This document shows, in pieces, positions 28,883 to 39,299 of a stretch of DNA of 64,000 nucleotides. Source of the stretch: Bacilli bacterium. GTDB taxonomy: Bacteria > Bacillota_I > Bacilli_A > ML615J-28 > CAG-698. The notes beneath the pieces were generated by a model. That model saw only the letters and a list, made by a program, of their open reading frames with translations, searched no databases and was not told the DNA's origin. Both the position numbers and the translations under genes were made by a program. The DNA is taken from the NCBI GenBank assembly GCA_918272565.1, contig CAKJYW010000002.1:44266-108265 (forward strand), in the 5' to 3' direction. How positions within the stretch are numbered: position 1 is the stretch's first letter; the number at the start of each line of letters is the position of its first letter.

Positions 28883-30685
28883 CTATTCAATTATTTCAAA
28901 TATTTCTACTAAATTCATCACTTTAATATTAGGATAAGAAGTAGGTTCACTTTTAGCACTTTTTTCAAAATCGCTCTTGCTTCCACAGTACTCATTTCCT
29001 GCACTCTCATTACCAAATCTCTTACCGAATCCATTATTATAATTGAGGTATTCTTCAAAATCATTGTAATGATTATATGTATAGAATACTTTTCTTTGAT
29101 TAATCGATTTAATGCTTTTATCACTAATAAAGCAGAACCTTGCGGCACCACGATTGATTGTTGTGCCCGTGTTATACACTTTTTGTGTATATTTAGTTCC
29201 AGTAACCTTGTTTTCGTTTGTGTAACCACCTAATGTTCCAAAGTCAGTTTCAGTGTATTCATAGATACTAATCCCTGGCATCTCTGGTTCATATGGCCAT
29301 TTTGAGCTATCATACATCATAATATCTTGATTAACCCTACCATAAATACCAAAGTCAGCGATACAATCACTCTTGCCTTTTGATTTATCGTATTTGTTAT
29401 TAACTGGAGTCTCTCCAAATGCTAGGATGTATGCAGCAACTTCATTTAAAGAAGCATATGCTCCACCATACCAAATCATTTGGAAATTGCCTTCTAAATC
29501 ATTAGGTAAATATCCTAAATAGCCTCCATTATAATCAAGCACATAAAAGGCATGAGTTAAATAAATATATGTATCTTCATAAGTTACATCATATTTATTA
29601 GGGATGTGTCCTTGAGGAGTGATATCACCACTCATAAGACCATGAAGTGATCTAAAATAAGAGTCTATATAACTATCTGCTTCACTATAATTATTATAGA
29701 ATTCTTCTTTATCGATACCAGCATAAGGGTCTGTAGCACTACTAATATCATATGAAGTAAAGACACAATAAACATCATCACCATAGATATCTAAATCAAT
29801 TCCATAAGGATTATCAACATCATTAGAATAAATTATAATATCATTGCCTAATACTGAATATAAATATTCTTTATATGATAATTCATATTCATCATAACTA
29901 ATGAAATTATTAACTTTAGCTAATTCTATTTCATTATAGATGATAGAAACATATTTATTACTACTAACGCTAGTAATAAAACCAGTTATTTTTACTTCTT
30001 TATCTAAATAATTGTTTAATGATGATGCATCAATTGGATAAGCAACGCTTATTACGGCTTTAGCTCCATCAATTATCAAATTATAATATGAACCACTTTT
30101 AATTAATGTACCAGCTACACTTACATATTCAGCTTTGATTTCATCGACACTTAAATAATTATCTAAAGCAGCTTTATCAACTTCTTTTGGTTTACTAAAG
30201 TGGATGTCCCATGTTCCTTCTTTAGTATAGGTTGATGATTTATCAAATTGAATTGATTTACCATAACTTACAACATTACCAACAACACTTACTGTATCAC
30301 CAATAGCTAGATCAGTAGTCCAAGTGTTTCCTAAATAAACCAAAATGTTACCAGTTCCATCGCTAAGCAAGAAGCTTTCCTTATTCACCGCTAAAACAAC
30401 ACCTATAGTTTTAGCTTCACCTAACTTTAATTCACTTATCTTTGAATAGTCATCTTGAGGTTGCTCATCTTCCTTAGGGTCTTCTTCGCCTGGTTCTTCC
30501 TCTTGAGGCACTTGTTCCTCTTCAGGCACTTGTTCCTCTTGAGGTTCTTCCTCTATAGGATCATCTATTATTGGATCTTCTTCTTTAGGGGGATTTTGTT
30601 CGGTTTCTAAAAAGGAACAAGCACCTAATATCAAGCTAAAGAATAAAAGTAAAACCAATAATATCTTTTTATAATTAATCTTCAT
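28883..30685 (-). CDS. Surface lipoprotein with acidic EEQVPEEE repeat and an OB-fold-like module, function unknown
   Basis: Lipobox SLILGACSFLE. Low-complexity EEEPQEEQVPEEEQVPQEEEPGEEDPKEDEQ. LKLGEAKTIGVVLAVNKESFLLSDGTGNILVYL resembles tRNA_anti/YhcR-type OB folds. 600 aa. Confidence 0.45.
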   Translation of the reverse strand: MKINYKKILLVLLLFFSLILGACSFLETEQNPPKEEDPIIDDPIEEEPQEEQVPEEEQVPQEEEPGEEDPKEDEQPQDDYSKISELKLGEAKTIGVVLAVNKESFLLSDGTGNILVYLGNTWTTDLAIGDTVSVVGNVVSYGKSIQFDKSSTYTKEGTWDIHFSKPKEVDKAALDNYLSVDEIKAEYVSVAGTLIKSGSYYNLIIDGAKAVISVAYPIDASSLNNYLDKEVKITGFITSVSSNKYVSIIYNEIELAKVNNFISYDEYELSYKEYLYSVLGNDIIIYSNDVDNPYGIDLDIYGDDVYCVFTSYDISSATDPYAGIDKEEFYNNYSEADSYIDSYFRSLHGLMSGDITPQGHIPNKYDVTYEDTYIYLTHAFYVLDYNGGYLGYLPNDLEGNFQMIWYGGAYASLNEVAAYILAFGETPVNNKYDKSKGKSDCIADFGIYGRVNQDIMMYDSSKWPYEPEMPGISIYEYTETDFGTLGGYTNENKVTGTKYTQKVYNTGTTINRGAARFCFISDKSIKSINQRKVFYTYNHYNDFEEYLNYNNGFGKRFGNESAGNEYCGSKSDFEKSAKSEPTSYPNIKVMNLVEIFEIIE

Positions 30686-32937
30686 TATTCAAAATATTCC
30701 TTTTTTATCATCTCTAAATCTTCTCTAATCTTAATATGTTGAGGACAAAGAGTTTCGCACTTACCACACTTCTTGCATAAATCTGGAGTCTCGCCATCTT
30801 TCTTAATTTGACCGATTGACCATTCTTGTTTTATTCCATACATCTTTGAGTCATTAGCAACTCTAAAGATTCTAGGGATATTAACTCCAAATGGACAAGG
30901 CATACAGTACCTACATCCTGTACATGAATTTAATACTCTAGTTTTAAATACTTTAACCGCTTCGCAAATAGCATCATTTTCTCTTTTTGAAAAATATGTT
31001 AAAGATTTAAAAGTATTAATATTATCTTTTACTTGATCTTCGCTACTCATTCCACTTAAGATTACCATGATGTTATCAAATTGAGCAACATACCTTAACG
31101 CCCAACTAGCACTACTCCAAGTGCTATTTACTTTATCTAGACTACTTCTTACATCATCTGGTAACCTTGCTAGTGCTCCACCTTTAACAGGTTCCATAAT
31201 AATTACTGGAATACCTTTTTCTTTACATAGTTTTAAGCCTTTTAATCCTGCTTGATTATCAACGTCTAGATAATTAAACTGGATTTGGCAAAAATCCCAC
31301 TTGTGATAATTAATAATTTCACTAAATGCTTCATAGCTATCATGGAAAGAGAATCCTAAATGACGAATCTTTCCTTCTTTTTTAAGCCCTTCAAAATATT
31401 CAATTAAACCTAATTTCTTAATTGCTTCAAAGCGCTCTTTTCCAATAGCGTGGAATAAATAATAATCAAAATAGTCTTTATGTAGTTTAGTTAGTTGCTC
31501 ATTAAATAGGCGCTTTGCATCGTCTAACGTATTTACTAAATACATTGGAAGTTTTGTGGCTAGATTATAGGTAGATCTATCATATCTATCTAAGACTTCC
31601 CCTACAAAGAGTTCACTTTCTCCATCATGATACATATACGCAGTGTCATAATAATTGATACCTTGTTTATAGGCATAATCAATCATCTCACTAGCTTTCT
31701 CTCTATCAATCTTACCATCTTTTTGAGGAAGGCGCATACAACCAAAGCCAAGTAGACTTATCCTATCATCAGTTTTCTTTCTGTATTCTAATTTTCCCCT
31801 TATATGAGTTGATAGTTCTAGCGTCTTGGTTTCTTTAGTTTCATTATCAATTAAGATGATTTTATAACTAATGTCTTCATCTTTTTCTGGTAATTCTTTG
31901 ATTCTACCATTTGGTAAAACAATATCGCTAGAGCATTCAAACTTGATATCTATTCCTTTAGATAGTTTTAATACTTCTAGCTCCACTTCAACCATTTTCT
32001 TAAAGTTCTCCCACAAATTAGCATGGCGCATTGTCATAGGGCAATCTTTACCACTAAAGAAGTGATGAGGTTTTACTCTTGTTACATCTAAATTATTATC
32101 AAGACATAAATGACTAACAAGCTTAGCACATCTTTGCCATGTTAAATAAAGGTCACTACCTTCATTAACCATTGTTTCTATACCTATTGAGTGTAAATTG
32201 CCACCACGATTAGAAATATAACCGTATCCAGCGCTAAAATATGTTGGACCCATGTAATATTTACCATCAATTAGGTCAATTCTTATTCCTTCATCGTTGA
32301 TTTTAGTTGGGTAGAATTCTTCACCATCTTTTGCACCCTCTGGAGCAAGGCGACGCTGGATCGCTCCATTACAATAATAATGAAGTTTTCCATCTTCACC
32401 CATCTTAAATAAAACTTTAGGAGAAGCAATTTCACTTTTCTTGTTATCGATATAATAATATCCATCAATTATTTCTACTTTTGGATTAGGATTAGTCCCA
32501 CTAACCCCAGTATCAGTTAAGCTAAATGGTACACTTGTTCCATCGCCTGCGTGATATGCCACTTCATCATCAGGTACTTGATGGTAAATCGCATCATCAC
32601 CACTAGAATAGTGCCAACTAGTTCCGCCACCACCATTAGATACATACTTTGCATGAGCTAGGGCGTTAGCAGTTGGTGCAGCGGATGCAGTATCGTGAAC
32701 AACTACATATTCAGTTGATGTTTTAATAGTCCCTGGGCGGTTGTTATTAGGCCCTTCACCATTTTTAGGACAGATATATTCAATAACTTCATGATCCATA
32801 AACAAATATTTGTTTACTGAACCAATTACTCTAGTACCATAATTGTACTGATATCCAAAGGCTTCTAAATCTTTAACAATAACTTCTTTTTCATTTGCAT
32901 CTTTTAAAATAGATGCGATTTTTTCTAATCTACTCAT
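30685..32937 (-). CDS. Fusion protein: N-acetylmuramoyl-L-alanine amidase (Amidase_2/PGRP fold) + aldo/keto reductase with C-terminal 4Fe-4S ferredoxin-like domain
   Basis: Amidase_2 motifs VVVHDTAS, AYHAGDG, NLHSIGIE and KPHHFFSGKDCP (aa ~75-300). AKR core LGFGCMRLPQ...YYDTAYMYHDGESE (aa ~395-700). Cys cluster CTGCRYCMPCPFG...CKKCGKCETLCP at the C-terminus. Single uninterrupted 750-aa ORF. Confidence 0.6.
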   Translation of the reverse strand: MSRLEKIASILKDANEKEVIVKDLEAFGYQYNYGTRVIGSVNKYLFMDHEVIEYICPKNGEGPNNNRPGTIKTSTEYVVVHDTASAAPTANALAHAKYVSNGGGGTSWHYSSGDDAIYHQVPDDEVAYHAGDGTSVPFSLTDTGVSGTNPNPKVEIIDGYYYIDNKKSEIASPKVLFKMGEDGKLHYYCNGAIQRRLAPEGAKDGEEFYPTKINDEGIRIDLIDGKYYMGPTYFSAGYGYISNRGGNLHSIGIETMVNEGSDLYLTWQRCAKLVSHLCLDNNLDVTRVKPHHFFSGKDCPMTMRHANLWENFKKMVEVELEVLKLSKGIDIKFECSSDIVLPNGRIKELPEKDEDISYKIILIDNETKETKTLELSTHIRGKLEYRKKTDDRISLLGFGCMRLPQKDGKIDREKASEMIDYAYKQGINYYDTAYMYHDGESELFVGEVLDRYDRSTYNLATKLPMYLVNTLDDAKRLFNEQLTKLHKDYFDYYLFHAIGKERFEAIKKLGLIEYFEGLKKEGKIRHLGFSFHDSYEAFSEIINYHKWDFCQIQFNYLDVDNQAGLKGLKLCKEKGIPVIIMEPVKGGALARLPDDVRSSLDKVNSTWSSASWALRYVAQFDNIMVILSGMSSEDQVKDNINTFKSLTYFSKRENDAICEAVKVFKTRVLNSCTGCRYCMPCPFGVNIPRIFRVANDSKMYGIKQEWSIGQIKKDGETPDLCKKCGKCETLCPQHIKIREDLEMIKKEYFE

Positions 32938-33044
32938 AAAAACTCCCCTATATAATTAGTATACCAAAAATAACAATGTAAATATATATTTTTATTATAA
33001 AGTCTCCCCTCTTATGTTATAATAATTAGGCATGGAGGTTTATT

Positions 33045-33563
33045 ATGGAAAAACCAATTGTTAAAATAATAATGGAAAATAGTAAAGAAATATTAATAGA
33101 GCTATATCCTGAAGTTGCTCCTATATCAGTAGATAACTTCTTAAAGTTAGTTGATGAAAAATATTATGATGGAGTATGCTTCCATAGAGTCATTGAGGAT
33201 TTTATGATTCAAACAGGTGGATATTTTGTAAAAGGGAACTCAATAGACACAACTAAAAAGACTCCTTCAATAAAAGGAGAATTTAACTCAAACGGAGTTC
33301 GTAACGACCTTCACCACATTCCTGGAGTAATCTCAATGGCTAGAACTAGCGATAAAAACAGCGCTTCAAGCCAGTTCTTTATCTGCTCAGCTAAGTGCCC
33401 TCACTTAGATGGAGAATATGCGGCATTCGGAAAAGTTTTGGATGAGGCAAGTTTAGATGTGGTAATGGATATTTCTAGATCAAATACCATTAATGTTGGT
33501 GGAGGATTAACCGACTTTCCGTATCCCGTAATAAGCATTAAAACAATAGAAAGAGTGAAATAA
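33045..33563 (+). CDS. ppiB: Peptidyl-prolyl cis-trans isomerase, cyclophilin type
   Basis: FHRVIEDFMIQTGG ... MARTSDKNSASSQFFI cyclophilin signatures; 172 aa. Confidence 0.85.
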   Translation: MEKPIVKIIMENSKEILIELYPEVAPISVDNFLKLVDEKYYDGVCFHRVIEDFMIQTGGYFVKGNSIDTTKKTPSIKGEFNSNGVRNDLHHIPGVISMARTSDKNSASSQFFICSAKCPHLDGEYAAFGKVLDEASLDVVMDISRSNTINVGGGLTDFPYPVISIKTIERVK

Positions 33564-34007
33564 ATGAAAGTAGCAATCGTATTAGGATATTATTTAAATG
33601 ATGATGGTTCTCCTCGTGATAGACTTGTAGCAAGACTTAAATTAACTTTAGATATGATCAAAGACTTAAATCCTGATAAAATCATCGTTTCAGGTGGCAT
33701 AGCTAATAGAAAAGCAGGAGTTAGTGAAGCAAGCGTAATGGGCAAATGGCTAATTGATAATGGTGTAGACAAAGATATGATAATCTACGAAGAAAAGAGT
33801 GGATCAACTAGAGGTAACGCTATCTACTCAATGCCAATGGCACTAGCCTTAAACCCTGATATGGTCATCTTAGTATCTACAATGGATCATTTTGTTGATC
33901 AACCATATAACACAATAGCATATTTCAATGATATGTTTGACAGTAGAAACATTAACTTCTTAATTTATTCAAAAAGCAAAACAGAAAAACCATTTAGTGG
34001 GGATTAA
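33564..34007 (+). CDS. DUF218 (YdcF/ElyC/SanA-like) domain protein
   Basis: VLGYYLNDDGSPRDRLVARLK...IIVSGG...ASVMGKWLIDNGV pattern typical of DUF218; 147 aa. Confidence 0.55.
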   Translation: MKVAIVLGYYLNDDGSPRDRLVARLKLTLDMIKDLNPDKIIVSGGIANRKAGVSEASVMGKWLIDNGVDKDMIIYEEKSGSTRGNAIYSMPMALALNPDMVILVSTMDHFVDQPYNTIAYFNDMFDSRNINFLIYSKSKTEKPFSGD

Positions 34008-34049
34008 AATAAGTTCATAAACAAGTTCCTTGTTGTGAGCTTGTTTTTT

Positions 34050-35012
34050 TTATTCAAACAACTCACGACTTTCCATTATTTCACAAATCAAAGGTACATA
34101 GATATCTTTTTCTTCGATTTTGATGATTGTTGTGATGCTACTCCCACTATCTTTACTAGATGAGCCGCAGTGATATAAGGTATATTCTTCTGTATTAAAA
34201 TCAATAACAATATATCTATCATGGAATCTTTTATTGTTCTTCTTAAACTCTAATTTTAGTTTTGTTTCACTTTTAAAATCTTCTACAATACTCTTAGTGA
34301 GACCATTTCTAGCTAGATTATCACTAAATAGTATTATTTCTATATTTTGTTTAACCCCTTTTAAGAGCTCTAGTGTTTTAATACTAATATAATCATCGAT
34401 TATATAAATTGACTTTTTTGCAAAACTATATATCTTTTGATATGCCGTATCAGCTTCAAACTTACATCCATCTAAAATGAGGAAGTGCTTATAATCATTA
34501 AAATCCACAAAATATTTCATCACTATATCAAGCCTAGAATTAATATCGATAATTGCCTCTGTATTAGTGTTCACTTGATTTGATAATTTGAGAATACTAT
34601 CAATTTTTGTAATGCCATCATTTTCATAAATATAATCCTTCATTTGTTTGAAAGCTCTAATTAATGACTTGCTTTGTTTTATAGCCAAATCACCTTTCAA
34701 AACTGTCATAAGCATGTAAATTCCTTGTTCAGTAAAGGCATATGGTGCCGTCCTTCGACCTCCCCATCTTGATATCGCATTTTGCGATATCAAGATATTA
34801 TTCCATTCATTTTCAGTCAGTTGAAATCTGAAATAATCATCAAATCTATCAATGTTTCTTTTTACTTGTTCGTTAAATCTCATTGTTGAAAAGCCATAGA
34901 TTTTAGCCAAATCAAAATCTAGCATAACTTTTTGACCACGTATTTCATATATAATTGACTTGATTGCTTCACTATCTAATTTAAAAACTACTACTTCGCT
35001 TTTATTATCCAT
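34050..35012 (-). CDS. ORF6N (KilA-N-like, phage-associated DNA-binding) domain protein with uncharacterised C-terminal domain carrying a PLD-like H.R....D..GSS pattern
   Basis: N-terminal IRGQKVMLDFDLAKIYGFSTMRFNEQVKRNIDRF...FQLTENE matches the ORF6N consensus. C-terminal KRFHDRYIVIDFNTEEYTLYHCGSSS. Confidence 0.5.
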   Translation of the reverse strand: MDNKSEVVVFKLDSEAIKSIIYEIRGQKVMLDFDLAKIYGFSTMRFNEQVKRNIDRFDDYFRFQLTENEWNNILISQNAISRWGGRRTAPYAFTEQGIYMLMTVLKGDLAIKQSKSLIRAFKQMKDYIYENDGITKIDSILKLSNQVNTNTEAIIDINSRLDIVMKYFVDFNDYKHFLILDGCKFEADTAYQKIYSFAKKSIYIIDDYISIKTLELLKGVKQNIEIILFSDNLARNGLTKSIVEDFKSETKLKLEFKKNNKRFHDRYIVIDFNTEEYTLYHCGSSSKDSGSSITTIIKIEEKDIYVPLICEIMESRELFE

Positions 35013-35139
35013 ATGAAAGCTCCTCCATATATATAATAGTGTGATTATCGTTTTTTTATTTTAAATATCTTATTTTTTTTTTATAGATTAGTTGTTTTTT
35101 TTCTAATTTTGTGAGGTCGAAAAAATCGTCCTCGCGAAA

Positions 35140-35185
35140 AAAAATAAACAAAAAGGACAACTTTAGGTTTTAGTCGTCCTTTTGG
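35140..35185 (-). terminator. Rho-independent terminator ending the lplA-gcv-lpdA operon
   Basis: On the minus strand: AAAGGACGACTAAAACCTAAAGTTGTCCTTT followed by TTGTTTATTTTTTTT. Confidence 0.45.
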
Positions 35186-35204
35186 ATAATTAATTATTAT
35201 AATT

Positions 35205-36545
35205 TTAAGCATTTAAGCTATCTCTAAATATTTCACTTAGAGTAGGATGCGAAAAGATATAATCTTTTGCTTCACATAGTTTTATTTTTTTATTCATCAT
35301 AATGGCTGCTTCATGAATGATAGTTGATGCACTAAATCCTAAGATATGTACTCCAACAAGTTCATCATTAACACTTAAAACTTTAATAAAGCCATCAGTC
35401 TCGCCACTTGCTAGGGCTTTTCCGTTACTACGGTATAAGACTTTATTTGCTTTATAGTCGACTCCACTTATCTTTAACTCTTCTTCAGTCTTACCAACAA
35501 CCGCTACTTCTGGGAAAGTGAATACACAACTAGGAACTATATTGGTGTCAGTACTACATTTTTCACCTAGAATATGAGCTAATACTAATTTACCACTAGC
35601 TTCAGCGAAGTGTGCAAGCATTACTTTTCCGTTGCAATCACCAATGGCATAAATTCCCTTTTGGTTAGTTTCAAAGAATTGATCAACTTCAATTCCACGT
35701 TTAGTGTAATTAATTAAAGCATCATCTAATCCTAAATCATCGATGTTAGGACTTCTTCCAATTGCCATTAAAGTCATTTGGGTATCAACTATTTCTTCTT
35801 TTTCGCCTAATAAGTAATGAACTTTGTCTTTTTCTATCTCGCAAACTTTAGCATTTGTAATAATAGAAATGCCTCTTTGCTTTAAGTATGATGATAATCT
35901 ACGAACAATTTCTAAATCAAGATTAGGTAAAATTGTCTTTTGCATTTCAATAATTGTTACTTTAACACCAAACTCATTGAAGATTGAAGCAACTTCTACT
36001 CCAATTACACCGCCACCTATTATTGTTAGGCTTGTTGGGAGAGTTTCTAAATTAAGGATATCAGTAGAAGTAACACAGTTTTCATACCCTTTGATTGGAA
36101 TAATAGCTTCTTTACTACCAGTTGCAATAACTATATTCTTAGCAGTATATGCTTCATCATTCACAATAACTTCTCTATTTTTGTTTAACTTACCTGATCC
36201 ATTAATAATAGTTACACCAGCTTTATCAAGTGAAAACTTGATTCCATCTTTTAAAGCGCTAACTACACTATCTTTTCTTTCTTTAATTTTACTAAAATCA
36301 AATGTGAAACTTGAACTAATTCCAAGTTTTTCAGATTCTTTAAGCTTTAGAATAAGTTCACTAGAAGCATAGTATGCTTTTGTTGGAATACAGCCATGAT
36401 TTAAGCATGTTCCACCTAATGAGTTTTTTTCTATTAGTAGTGTCTTTAAGCCTTTCTTCTTAGCATCGAGTGCTAAATTGTAACCACCAGGCCCAGCTCC
36501 AATTATTATTAGATCAAAAACTTGATTATCATTCATATTTTCCAA
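35205..36545 (-). CDS. lpdA: Dihydrolipoyl dehydrogenase (L protein of glycine cleavage / E3)
   Basis: FAD motif DLIIIGAGPGGY and redox-active GGTCLNHGCIPTK; 446 aa. Confidence 0.85.
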   Translation of the reverse strand: MENMNDNQVFDLIIIGAGPGGYNLALDAKKKGLKTLLIEKNSLGGTCLNHGCIPTKAYYASSELILKLKESEKLGISSSFTFDFSKIKERKDSVVSALKDGIKFSLDKAGVTIINGSGKLNKNREVIVNDEAYTAKNIVIATGSKEAIIPIKGYENCVTSTDILNLETLPTSLTIIGGGVIGVEVASIFNEFGVKVTIIEMQKTILPNLDLEIVRRLSSYLKQRGISIITNAKVCEIEKDKVHYLLGEKEEIVDTQMTLMAIGRSPNIDDLGLDDALINYTKRGIEVDQFFETNQKGIYAIGDCNGKVMLAHFAEASGKLVLAHILGEKCSTDTNIVPSCVFTFPEVAVVGKTEEELKISGVDYKANKVLYRSNGKALASGETDGFIKVLSVNDELVGVHILGFSASTIIHEAAIMMNKKIKLCEAKDYIFSHPTLSEIFRDSLNA

Positions 36546-37959
36546 TATCCTTGAATTTAATTACAGGGAATCTTGCGGCTTTAACATCATCAAGTCTTCC
36601 AATAATAGTATTATGAGGAGCAGTTGTTAAAACGCTAGCATCTTCAGTTGCGATTTTTTTCATTACATCGATGAATTGATCTAATGTTTCTTTAGATTCA
36701 TTTTCTGTAGGTTCAATCATTAATGCTTCATGGAAAAGTAGTGGGAAGTAGATTGTTGGTGGATGGTATCCATAATCAAGCAAACGTTTAGCCACATCTA
36801 AAGTAGAAGCACGTTTATCGATTAAGCCATCAAATACTACTTCATGCTTACAATGGTTACTAATTGGTAATTTATAATAGTCTTTTAAACTTTCTTTAAT
36901 ATAGTTAGCATTTAAAACAGCTAGGCTACTAACATCTTTAGCATGTTCTTTTCCTAAAGATAAGATATAGCAATAAGCTTTTAGGCAAACGCTAAAGTTA
37001 CCAAAGAATGAACTAACTCTACCAATTGAAGATGCACTATTATAAAACTCATATTTATCATTATTTAATACGATTCTTGGGTTAGGAAGTAAATGTTCAA
37101 GGCCACTCCTTACACCCACTGGTCCACTTCCAGGCCCTCCACCACCATGAGGTGTTGAGAATGTCTTGTGAAGGTTAATATGCATTACATCAAATCCCAT
37201 TGATGTAGTATAAAGTCTACCTAAAACAGCATTAAGGTTAGCACCGTCATAATACATTAAACTTCCATTATCGTGCATAATCTTAGATATTTCTAAGATA
37301 TCTTTTTCAAAGATACCAAGTGTTGATGGATTTGTTAGCATGATTGCGGCGGTATCACTATCAACTAATTCTTTTAGCTTTTTAGTATCTACACATCCGT
37401 CTTCAACGCATTCTACCACAACAACTTCAAAACCAGCTACAGCAGCTGATGCTGGATTTGTTCCGTGAGCACTAACAGGAACTATTATCTTATTACGAGG
37501 AGCACCTAGTTGATTAAAGTATTCTTTAATAATCATTAAACCAGTTAATTCACCATGAGCACCAGCACAAGGAGCAAAAGTGAAAGCTTTCATACCAGTT
37601 AATGCACAAAGCTTTTTCTCTAGTTCATAATAAACTTTCATTGATCCTTGTAAAGAATCAACACTTTGAAGTGGATGTACTTTAGTAAATCCTTCTAAAG
37701 ATGATAATTCTTCATCGATTTTAGGATTATATTTCATAGTACAACTTCCAAGTGGATAGAATCCTTGGTCTACACCAAAGTTCTTAAGTGAAAGGTTAGT
37801 GTAATGTCTAATTACATCAAGTTCACTTACTTCAGGTAAATCTAGACTTGCTTTTCTTTTTAGCTTATCACTTAAGCTAAATCCAGATAAGTTATTATTA
37901 GGTAGAGAATAACCAATTCTACCTTTTTTAGATAATTCAAAAATCAAAGAGTTATACAT
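36529..37959 (-). CDS. gcvPB: Glycine dehydrogenase (decarboxylating) subunit 2
   Basis: PLP-lysine region NLHKTFSTPHGGGGPG; 476 aa; follows gcvPA. Confidence 0.9.
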   Translation of the reverse strand: MYNSLIFELSKKGRIGYSLPNNNLSGFSLSDKLKRKASLDLPEVSELDVIRHYTNLSLKNFGVDQGFYPLGSCTMKYNPKIDEELSSLEGFTKVHPLQSVDSLQGSMKVYYELEKKLCALTGMKAFTFAPCAGAHGELTGLMIIKEYFNQLGAPRNKIIVPVSAHGTNPASAAVAGFEVVVVECVEDGCVDTKKLKELVDSDTAAIMLTNPSTLGIFEKDILEISKIMHDNGSLMYYDGANLNAVLGRLYTTSMGFDVMHINLHKTFSTPHGGGGPGSGPVGVRSGLEHLLPNPRIVLNNDKYEFYNSASSIGRVSSFFGNFSVCLKAYCYILSLGKEHAKDVSSLAVLNANYIKESLKDYYKLPISNHCKHEVVFDGLIDKRASTLDVAKRLLDYGYHPPTIYFPLLFHEALMIEPTENESKETLDQFIDVMKKIATEDASVLTTAPHNTIIGRLDDVKAARFPVIKFKDIGKYE

Positions 37960-39299
37960 TAGTTTTTACCTCCTTGTTTTTTAATTACATCAACAAATTT
38001 ATCAATCAATTCTTTGTTCTTAGTTTCAGTTGCGCAGAATATTACTTTATCACCTAAAACTTCTCCACCAAGCATTTGATTTTCTTCTAATGCTTTATTT
38101 ACTTTATCCATATCTAGCTTAGTTTTTAAAGTGAATTCTTTTATAAATTCGTTATTTGATACTTTTTCAAATAATCCAGTCTTTAAAAGCTCACTTTCTA
38201 GATAATGACTATTTTCGTAGCACATCTCTTGAGTTTCAATTAGTCCTGCTTTACCTAATGTTGCTACATAGATTGTTACAATTAGTGCCATTAAGCTTTG
38301 GTTAGAGCAGATATTTGATGTAGCTTTTTCTCTTCTAATGTGTTGTTCACGAGCTTGAAGCGTTAAAACATAACCACGGTTACCATCTTTATCATTAGTC
38401 ATACCAACGATTCTACCAGGAATCTTACGAAGCAAATCGTTAGTACAAGCGATGTAACCAACATATGGTCCACCAAAGTCTTTACTAATTCCTAGTGCTT
38501 GAGCGTCTCCCGCTACGATTGATGCTCCGATTTCAGCAGGGGTAGCTAAAACGGAGAAGCATGAGATATCACTATTTAAAATTAGTAATGTCTTATTTTC
38601 TTTTAGTTTATCAACAAAATCAAAATCTTCAATATATCCGTAGTAGTTAGGGTAACCTAAAACAACAGCCGCAGTATTAGGATCTAATTTAGAAAGTAAA
38701 TCTTCTTTATCAGTTACTAAATCTTTCTCATTAACTAATACTAATTCATAACCTTTAAAATGAGCATAAGTCCTAATTACTTCTAAAACTCTAGGGTTAA
38801 GTGCCTTACTAACTAATACTTTACTACGTCTAGTTTGGCTTAATGCCATCATTATAGCTTCAGCTGTAGCTGTTGCACCATCGTACATTGAAGCATTAGC
38901 TACATCCATTCCTGTTAGTTCACAAACAACTGATTGGAATTCAAAGATGTATTGTAATGTTCCTTGACTAATTTCAGCTTGATATGGAGTATAGCTTGTT
39001 AGAAACTCTTGACGACTAACTAGAGTGTTAATAACACTTGGAGTGAATACATCATAGCTTCCACAGCCCTTAAAGCAGATTAAATTCTTATTTAGTTTGC
39101 TGTAAGAGTGAATTCTATCTCTTAATTCATCTTCACTTAGTGCACTCTCTAAATCAACTTCATCTTTTTTGATTGAATTAGGAATATCACTAAATAAGTC
39201 TTCTATTTTTTCTACTCCAATCTTATCAAGCATTTCCTTAATATCACTTTCGGTATGAGGAAAATACTTAAAAGGTTTGATTTGTTCCATTATTTGCAA
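37959..39299 (-). CDS. gcvPA: Glycine dehydrogenase (decarboxylating) subunit 1
   Basis: 446 aa, colinear with GcvPA (..TPYQAEISQG..); start overlaps gcvH. Confidence 0.9.
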   Translation of the reverse strand: MQIMEQIKPFKYFPHTESDIKEMLDKIGVEKIEDLFSDIPNSIKKDEVDLESALSEDELRDRIHSYSKLNKNLICFKGCGSYDVFTPSVINTLVSRQEFLTSYTPYQAEISQGTLQYIFEFQSVVCELTGMDVANASMYDGATATAEAIMMALSQTRRSKVLVSKALNPRVLEVIRTYAHFKGYELVLVNEKDLVTDKEDLLSKLDPNTAAVVLGYPNYYGYIEDFDFVDKLKENKTLLILNSDISCFSVLATPAEIGASIVAGDAQALGISKDFGGPYVGYIACTNDLLRKIPGRIVGMTNDKDGNRGYVLTLQAREQHIRREKATSNICSNQSLMALIVTIYVATLGKAGLIETQEMCYENSHYLESELLKTGLFEKVSNNEFIKEFTLKTKLDMDKVNKALEENQMLGGEVLGDKVIFCATETKNKELIDKFVDVIKKQGGKN

